Shown here in pieces: positions 51,396-60,000 of a DNA stretch of 60,000 bases (positions are counted from its first letter, which is position 1; the number at the start of each line of letters is the position of its first letter). Below the pieces are notes generated by a model that was not told the origin of the DNA, did no database searches, and saw only the letters and a list, made by a program, of their open reading frames with translations. This DNA is from Botryllus schlosseri (lineage: Eukaryota): the NCBI GenBank assembly GCA_051294905.1, contig CM119372.1:23314001-23374000 (forward strand). The letters are read 5' to 3'. The position numbers and the translations under genes are program-made.

Positions 51396-53049
51396 CACGG
51401 GCTCTCAACCCGCGGCCCGCAGACGTTTACTTTGCGGCCCGCGACATCTTTCAATATGAACGCAGTTACTGCTGGCACAGTATTGTTTCATCTTAATTTA
51501 ACTACTTAGCTCTCTTATGGCACCGTCTCTGTTTCGTTTGATTACTCATTCTTTGAGGTGTTCTGGTTTCTTGATATATGCTCAAGTTTAGATTGTTATT
51601 GTTTTGAATCGGTATTCGGTTGGACTCTGGTTCAAGAAAATCCCGCTGCGTAGTACCATTTTAAAGAGTGTTTCACTCACCGCGAATGGTTTGAACAGAA
51701 ACAAGAACAAGGAACGGGAAATGAAACAGCGAAAACTGGATTTGTAACTCTGTCTGTGACAATGAATTTACTTTCTCAGATATACATGTATGGGAAACCG
51801 ATGTGTTATATTTGTCGAAGATCAGTTGTCGTAACAAAGCATAGAAGCTTAAAATGATGCCACGACAGTTTCGTCTGGAGTTAGACATAGACATATCGCC
51901 TGATCTTAGAAATAACCGTTGCTAGCTAGGTGTCAAGCCCATGCCCAGCAATCCATATTTCGAGGCATTGTTAAAATTGCCGATGACGTTTCAGACGCAT
52001 CGTTCAAAATTGCTTGGAATAACGTTAATTTCAAGAAATCTGCCAGAGAAGGTGTGATTTCAATGAAACTTTAACCAAGTGTGCGAAAATTCGCTGTTTC
52101 CGGAACTTTGCAGCAAGGACAACATCACCTGACAGATTTCGAAGCTACAGTTGCCTGATTCAACCGTTACCAGAAGAGTAACAGCAACGTCAGTCGATCT
52201 TTTATCGCATGTTCTGAAACACGTTGTCGCGTAGACTACTTTAGCCTAGCATTGGACGAATCCACCAGCTCCACAGACATTGCATAGCTAATTATCTAGG
52301 TGCATTGTATCAGAGTGGACATATTTGCGGAGGAAATGCTGGCAGGGCAAACGTGGTGAGGGGGCCAGCGAAAAACATTAACGTGACGAAGCTGACTTCT
52401 GTAACTATTGGTGCAGGGCTACAACCATGGAAGTACAGGAGAAGGGTTGAATGGTTTGCTCACAAATGACCCAGAACGACAGACTCCCTTCTCATATCAC
52501 TGAGAGCTCAAAGTGATAATGGCCTCTGTTACGAAAAATTTACCGTAATTTTATACTTGCTCGCTCACGCATTGGAACTGAGAGTTCGGTTCTCTAGTGC
52601 AAGGGTTCGAAGGTGCATATACTGACTTGGCAATGAATGCAATGCACGGATTGCACGATCCATGAAGCGATTTACTAGCGCCGCTGGAAGATATACATAT
52701 TCTCACAAAAAATAGCAACTGCAAAACCTACGAACGCTGTCCAATAATGCTTTAGAATGCATAAATAAGTATTTAATGCCCGTTTACGATGGTGGATAGG
52801 CTACATAGTAGCCTAAATTTAATAGTTGCCCAATGCCCACGAATACATGGTAATATTGTTCTGCGGCACGCAGAGTCTTTTGCTGTTGAAATGCGGCCCG
52901 TTATACAAGGGAAGTTGAGAACCCCTGGGCTACATAGTAGCCTAAATTTATTAGTTGCCCACGAATACATGATAATGTTGTTCTGCGGCCCGCAGCGTCT
53001 TTTGCTGTTGAAATGCGGCCCGTTATACAAGGGAAGTTGAGAGCCCCTG
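51396..53049 (+). mobile_element. Decayed hAT, same family as 711-1974, with tandemly duplicated right end
   Basis: Collinear similarity to 711-1974; FSLALDEST motif at ~52240-52267; right terminus present twice (ends 52927 and 53049). Confidence 0.85.
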
Positions 53050-53069
53050 TTCTATACTATCTTCTTTAC

Positions 53070-53240
53070 TTTTAATCAGTGTGCATGCCTCCTCTTTACA
53101 TCGCCTAGGCCAAGGTGGGTGTCTGATTCCATAGACTACTCCAAGTCGCTTCGACATCTTGCTGTCTTTTCATCGTATCGCATTTTTATGGTGTATTGAA
53201 CCGATAAAATTGCTAATAAACCAATGATGATAATGATGAC
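53070..53240 (+). mobile_element. LINE 3'-UTR fragment with (ATG)n tail
   Basis: Reverse-complement match to ~36995-37165. Confidence 0.7.
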
Positions 53241-53604
53241 AATATTATTTTGGGGCAGATTCATGCTACATGAACTTTTTCTTCGCGCCGTGCGCGATTT
53301 AGTATCACATATGTTGGATATAATATGGGGACTACCATTCTCGCCAAAACTGCGATCCAAAATAAATAAAATGACATTCATTCAAAGAAATAAGTCTAAT
53401 TGTAATCTCAATTACAAGATAATGGTATATTGATAGAGTCGGTTTACGCCGTTTGGATGCTTTATTCAAAGATAGTGGTTCTAAACCTGGAGGTGTTTGC
53501 CTTTATTCTAGGGTTCGCGAAGATGTTGAACGTTATCTAACCAGCTTCCAAAATAGGCTGTGGGTAAGTCCGGGCAAATGTGCCGACCTTTAATTAGTAA
53601 TCAG

Positions 53605-54021
53605 TAGGGCAAGTTTTTGTTGAAGTTAAATTCGTTGAAAGTTGCATTTATTTTTGACAAAAGTTGCAGTAAAAAGTTGCATTTATATTTTCACGAAAGT
53701 TGCACTAAAAGGCCACATTTTGCTTGGTTGACTAAAAAAAAAATTCCGGCTCAGCTCCCGAAATACTTCGATGCTGGTTTACGGTGTTTCAGTCGAATTT
53801 GGCCGTGTATTTCACCGAAATCGAAAATACTTTCATGAAAAATCGAAAAAGTTGAAAAATGTTGCAAAAAGTTGCATGAAAAAAATGGACAAAAGTTGCA
53901 AAAAGTTGCACTATAAGATTCCTTCAAACAGCTTAAAACAGCATTCTACATATCTTACGAGTATTTAGGAAGCTGCCGGAAGCTGTAAAAAAAGTTGAAA
54001 AACTTGCAAAAACTTGCCCTA
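53605..54021. mobile_element. hAT-type MITE (TAGGGCAAGTTTTTG termini)
   Basis: Perfect 8-bp TSD GTAATCAG; same family as 3702-4225. Confidence 0.85.
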
Positions 54022-54632
54022 GTAATCAGCTTATCAAATTTTGAGCTATAGGCCACGGAACATTTTCAAATAGGAAATGGAGTCACGACCGTAAAAGGTT
54101 GGAAACCACCGGATGTGCGGTGTTTATATAGCTCAGTGGTGCAGTGCGCACAGGCAGTAAGCTAATAAATATTCTTATCGGTGTGACATGAACATGACTT
54201 AACGATGTATGTGTAATTACGCTCCTTGCAAGTTCGAAGTCATAATCTTCCACCAGCTCTACCGCTAACTCTGATCGCGTGGGCGGAGAGAGGTCAAATT
54301 ATATTGTAATGTATGGAAGAACCAATATTATTGACATTATTCATTCAAATGATTGAACGACCAAATGCATATAGTAAGCCCCAAGAAGTTGCATCGATTA
54401 CCCTACGGTGGGCCCAAGATCAGTGTATATTTTGGCGGGAGGGGGCTAAAAAATGTGGCTTCGGCCCTGGTTACAACTTACAACCAGGGCTTTGGAGCAG
54501 CTGTAAATTTTAACTGCTCCAGCTCCGGAGCTTTCTTCTATCATACATTAGCTCCGGCTCCAGCTCCGGAGCTGCATTTCTACCACTGCTCCGGTTCCGG
54601 CTCCGGAAACTATCGAATGGGTCTGTCTATAT

Positions 54633-55326
54633 CAGGGATGGCCAACCCGTGGCCCGCACGCCCACTGTGGCCCGCGAGAGGGTTTTGAGGGGCCTGCGAG
54701 GTAATTTATTGTTATATTACCGAAATCCTGTTCTATTATCGACTATGAATTGCTCAGTTTGTGAACTTGCAAGGCCAACCAAAAATTACAAGTCTGGCTG
54801 CGACACTTGGGATTTTGATGACCAAACTATCAGTTCCGACGCATTGGCAGATCCAGGGTCCAGTCACATTTTTAGTACATCGTCGTACATCACAATAAAC
54901 TAAAATAGTAGTGAGCTTTTTCTTCACGCTTCGCGTGTTTAATTATCACACGATTTCTTGCTTGGTAGCCTACCCACTCCTGAAAATGAAAAAGACGCAT
55001 AATTTACCCGATTGAGTCTAACTGCATTCACAATTAAAGGGAGAATGTCTTTTCGCGTTTGTGCTCGTAGAAAGATCGTCGACGATGAAATGTAGGCACA
55101 AAATGATTGTCGCATATTAGCGTAAACCTTCGATATCGATATGTCCAGATGCCGAATAGTCATGTCCTTGCAAACTGAGCCCAGCTGGCGGTATACAGTA
55201 CACCCACAATATACTAAAGTTCATTTATAAACTTTGAAAATTTTACGTGCTTGGCACTGCTAGTGGACCGCGCACTCGTTGGTCAATTGCATGTGCCCCT
55301 TTAGCCGAAAAGGTTGGTCATCCCTG
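54633..55326 (-). mobile_element. MITE (CAGGGATGGCCAACC termini), inverted homologue of 43332-44033
   Basis: TSD GTCTATAT/GTCTATGT; same insertion site within the GGAGCC element as the 43332 copy. Confidence 0.8.
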
Positions 55327-55902
55327 GTCTATGTAGATTACTAATCTAGGTTAGTTATCAATGGTAGGCCTAATCTAGAGTCCGTCAGCCGTCAGTAACA
55401 TCGGATTCGGATGCAGCAACGAAGACATAGGTGTCGCCGTGCCGGCTTTTAACGTCATAATGAGTACTTGTCAATTGTCGATAACATCATAGTTGCACTA
55501 GAACGCACTTTACTCCATGCCATTGCTGTACACAGTAGGGCTCTAACAAATCACTTTTTTTTCTCAAATCGTACTGGCTACTTGATAAAATTGTTAGGTT
55601 ACCTAATTTAAGCCTACATACACAAAATTTGGTTCAATTACAGCCAGTAACCGCTTTGCTACAGGAGAAGTAAGTTTATATTTATTATATTAAAATAAAT
55701 AATAAAAATTTGAAAATTTTCTGTTCACCCCATGAGAGTGTTAGGCTGTCTATAGAAACGATGCTCACCAAATTTGGTTCAATTTCAACCAGTGGAAGCG
55801 GAGTTATTGCCGTCGAAAAATTTTGATTTGAATAAAATAGTATTTACGGTGACCGATTCTTTGTTTATTTATTATAGTTGTGCTCACCGTAAATACTAGT
55901 AA

Positions 55903-56292
55903 AGGCCTCCGCAGATCCAATTAAAATTTTTAATTTATCATGGAAAATTGAAAAAAAAAATTTCCAAATTTTTTTGCCAACCCCATGAAATTGTTGAGCT
56001 GTCTTCAAAGACGTTGCAAAACAAATTGGAGTCAATTCCGACCAGTAGAAGCGGAGTTATGTGAGTTTTTCGATGGTAATCCGCAGATTATCCTTCATTG
56101 GTGGATAATCCGCGATTTATCAACGAAAAACTCACATAACTCAGCTTCTGCTGGTCGGAATTGACTAAAATTTGTTTTGCAACGTCTTTGAAGACAGCTC
56201 AACAATTTCATGGGGTTGGCAGAAAAATGTGGAATTTTTTTTTTCAATTTTCCATGATAAATTAAAATTTTTAATTGGATCTGCGGAGTCCT
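55903..56292. repeat. Near-perfect ~390-bp palindrome (hairpin MITE) inside element 55536-56404
   Basis: AGGCCTCCGCAGATCCAATTAAAA...TTTTAATTGGATCTGCGGAGTCCT with a loop of ~10 nt near 56095. Confidence 0.9.
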
Positions 56293-56557
56293 ATACTTGT
56301 TAGAATCGAACCAAATTTGGTGTGCAGCGTTTTTTAGGGTAACCTGACAATTTAATCAGTGAATGGCTGGAATCCGAAAAAAAAGTTATTTTTGAACAGC
56401 CCTATTGTACATGTACGACGTACGTACGGTGTAGGCCTACTGTAAGTAATGCGATGGCGGCTTGGCAGTTAGCATAGATTTCCCTGCGCTAGAGGGATAT
56501 TCTTGTTACCTCGCTGCAAAATGCCACGGACAACGAGGCATTTTCAGGAAAATAATA

Positions 56558-56661
56558 AATTAGATTAGAATTAGAATTAGAGCATAGGACCATTTTGCAA
56601 ATTAGATTAGAATTAGAATTAGAGCATAGAAACATTTCACAAATTAGATTAGAATTAGATT
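56558..56661. repeat. ~42-bp tandem repeat containing (ATTAGA)n
   Basis: AATTAGATTAGAATTAGAATTAGAGCATAG repeated about 2.5 times. Confidence 0.85.
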
Positions 56662-58728
56662 CAGGGTTGTAACCAAGTAACATGGTTCCGAGTCACGAGT
56701 CAATCATACTTTTGTGGTTTTGACTCGAGTCGAGTCGAGTCATTTTCAATTCATCACAGACTCGAGTCCGAGTCCAAGTCACCGTTTAAAGGGTCAAGTC
56801 CGAGTCATGGTGTTATGACTCGAGTCGAGTCCAAGTCACAGTATTGAAGTCATGTTCAACTCATGTTTTCAATCCTGCTTGGGTGATATCGAATTCCTTG
56901 TTTGCGAAACATGCTCATTTTGTCCCTATCAGAGTCTTGGCACGTGTTTATTTAGGCAGATAACGGACAGGTCCTGGCCTCATTTGCCGATGCTAAAGAT
57001 AACTTTACTGATCTTAGAACTTAAAACCAAATATCTCTCTTGTCAGTCTGATACATCACCAATACAAGCATTCAGTTTTTATTATGAACACATCGACGAT
57101 AGCTCACGAATAGCTGATAGAGAACCAACGAATTCACGTCTACATACTATCTGATAGAGAACGTCAAGATACTAGTTGATAGAGAATCAATAGATGCCTG
57201 TTTATGTAGAGGTATTTACAACAGGCCAGCATGCTGTAAAAGCGTGCATGCAACTATGTGCATTGTGCAGTGACAACCGAACAGATACCTTTTGATTATA
57301 CTAAAGGTTTTCCCAATTGCATTACAGACTACATCGCAGTTACTGCATTGGAGAAATAATTGTACAATGAGGCTGTTCAAAAACATTTTTTCAAATTTTC
57401 CGGCTACTTCTTAAAATTGCTACACTGCCTAAAAAATCAAATTTGGCTCAATTCCAACCAGTAGAAAGTAATGCTATGAAAAAAATTTTTTGACTAATTA
57501 CAAATAGAGATTTTCGAATTTTACCGGCTATCTCATGATATTGTTACATCGTGTAAAAATATGATTCATCGCAAATTTGACTCAATTCCAACTAGAAAAA
57601 GTGAAGTTATTAGAGTAGAATGTTTTGGATATGAAAAAATAGTCGGCTTACTACTATGTAATTATATTATATGAAAGAATTTCTCACTAAAATACTCCAT
57701 TTATTTTCAAATCCAAAATATTCTCCTCTCACATCATTGATTCCACTTTTTCAAATTAAGCCAGAGTCAGTGTTCCTTCTATGCAACATAACAATTTTAT
57801 CATGTAACCACCCAGTAAAATAAAAAAGAAGTTATTTTAGAACAGCCATATTGTACAAACATCACACAACATCAGCCATTCATTATTACTCACGTGCACA
57901 ATGCACATACCTAACAAAACGTCAAATGGACGAGGGGCATTGTGTGTTTTCACAGACAGCAGATCAAATCAATGAGTTACACCTCAAAAATACTAATGTG
58001 GAAAGGAGATCCTCAAATATGTTAAAGCGGCATGGCCGTAGAATGAATTCACATCTACTGACAATACAATACACGTCACAATACACGTACACAATACAAT
58101 ACACGTTCCACTAGTGCACTAGATGCAGGAATTGACAAGCATTTTTGAACCACACTGAAGAGCATTGAATACTCATTCTTTCTAGTCGCATAAAAATGCA
58201 AAGAATCATCGCCTTCAAATCTACACATGAGCTTATCAGTCTCTTCACCATCTGAGTCATTTCATTGGCTCTAATTGAACTTTGATTCAATTGTTTGCTT
58301 GTATAATTGAAAAGTCTTGAGTACTTTAATTGCGGAGGATCTATTACCTCTTCATCACTGGACAATTTTGTACAATGCATTGCTACTATGTATCATTTTC
58401 TGTTGTTTTTACGGCGGCATATCTGATATCAGACAAGTGCAACGAAAGCAGTGGTGACAAATAGCGATGTCGGCAGAATTCGTCGGATGCGTTAGCCATT
58501 ATGATTCGCAAATTTCTTCATCTTCAAGTCATATAAAATAAGCCGAGTCAATGACTTCGGTCGAGTCATGCGTAATGACTCGAGTACAAGTCGAGTCAAT
58601 CCAAATATTGACTCGAGTCGAGTCATTTTCCCATTTCAAGAAAATGACTCGAGTCAAGTCGAGTCATAAAAAAATCGTGACTCGAGTCTGACTCGAGTCG
58701 AGTCATGACTCGAGTCATTACAACCCTG
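56662..58728. mobile_element. hAT-type non-autonomous element with CAGGGTTGTAA termini and GACTCGAGTC arrays; nested MITE at ~57370-57850
   Basis: TIRs CAGGGTTGTAA / TTACAACCCTG; perfect 8-bp TSD ATTAGATT. Confidence 0.85.
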
Positions 58729-60000
58729 ATTAGATTACATGCATTTCGCTCTAATTATCTAGTTGTCCAAGTCTGGTCGATAGACAAAGCTTTGCTAGTG
58801 TGAGGACATATTGATCGACAAAGTGCTCATACCTCATTTTGAAATCCGCTAGTGGGCGCTAAAAGCGTCCAGAATTTGTGTTACAAAAATATGGTAACAC
58901 TCTGTTAGATGCTCGGAAAACCGGTTTCACCGTTTATCTTCCGTTGAGTTGACTTATTTTCGCGACAGATGCAGAAAAAGATGTCTTCACGTGCATTTTT
59001 TGGCTCTGCTAATTGAATGGGACGGCCCGCAAGACCATTTTGTGCGACTAGCGAAAGTCTCAAGATATGTTACAAAAATATTGATAAAATGTGTACTAAA
59101 ATCGAATTACTGCATATCTGTATATCACGTCATTTATGTCTTTCTTCTCGTACCACGTGACTTACCATTTAGTAGCCCGTGTATTTGAATTATGCGCCAG
59201 ACTCTTTTGCCAAATCCTACTGTATATTCCATACATATTCGACCAATATATCTGAGGAAATACTGTCGTTGCATTCACGTTGAAGTTGTCAGATCGAGGA
59301 CTAACGGAAGGAACGTGGGTCTACCACTGCGAGTTAAATAGCATATCATCTACCTAGCCACACATTACGTGGAATTCGGGTTACAACTCCAGCAGCTTTA
59401 TCAGACGACGTCTTTTATACTATACAATCAAATAACATTATTGAATTTTGACTTATAATCTCAGAGTGCGGCCCGCGAATGGATTTGCATGTTGAATGCG
59501 GCCGGCGAGCTAAAAAGTTTGCCCATCCCTGCTATAGACTTTCTAATATGGATACCAAAAGACGTAGCTTAGCAGAACCCCGGCCAATCATTTATATGCA
59601 TAATTTGATATTATCGCTTTGATTGGTTACTTCCGGAGGAGCTATTAATTTAAATTCCCGTCGCTGTAAAGCAGTGGTTCCCAACCTTTTTCCATCCGCG
59701 TACCACTTCGAGGTTATATGCAGTGCTCGCGTACCACCTACATAATTTACGCACGACGTACGCGGTGAAAATGTTTTCACCATTTATGACGTCATAATCC
59801 CGTAATTGGCCTATGTGGGGTGTAGGGCGATTTTTACCTAAAAATTTGGAGAATTTTGACCGAATTTTGACTTCACGTACGCAAATTAGGTGTTTTCGCA
59901 CATAATGTTAAAATTGTACTACTTATATTCAATTTTGGTAAGGACTGTCTGTCCTTACGAAGTAGTATGGCCTGAAAAAGCCTTTTTGACTTAAAAACTG

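Overview
Repeat-dense animal genomic DNA with GT-AG introns; a marine invertebrate such as a tunicate is plausible, but that is inference. Three things stand out. (1) A 13.74-kb palindromic element at 6038..19777 has Maverick/Polinton termini (5'-AGTAGT...ACTACT-3') and a 6-bp TSD (AACAAC). It consists of two ~6.4-kb, ~99.7% identical inverted arms around a 975-bp spacer and has no intact genes. It is nested in a hAT-type MITE (5510..20505), which is nested in a decayed Chapaev3-like transposon (3621..22709). (2) Two tandem, minus-strand, six-exon paralogues (38458->27159 and 50451->44807) encode secreted proteins with the architecture signal peptide - FN3-like - LDL-receptor class A - Pro-rich linker - thyroglobulin type-1. 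The ORF track does not reveal these genes. (3) Many hAT, Tc1 and Chapaev non-autonomous elements with readable TSDs are present, including an apparent composite transposon at 22902..25084, plus a decayed L1/Tx1-clade LINE. All analysis was by eye; family assignments rest on recalled motifs and need database confirmation.
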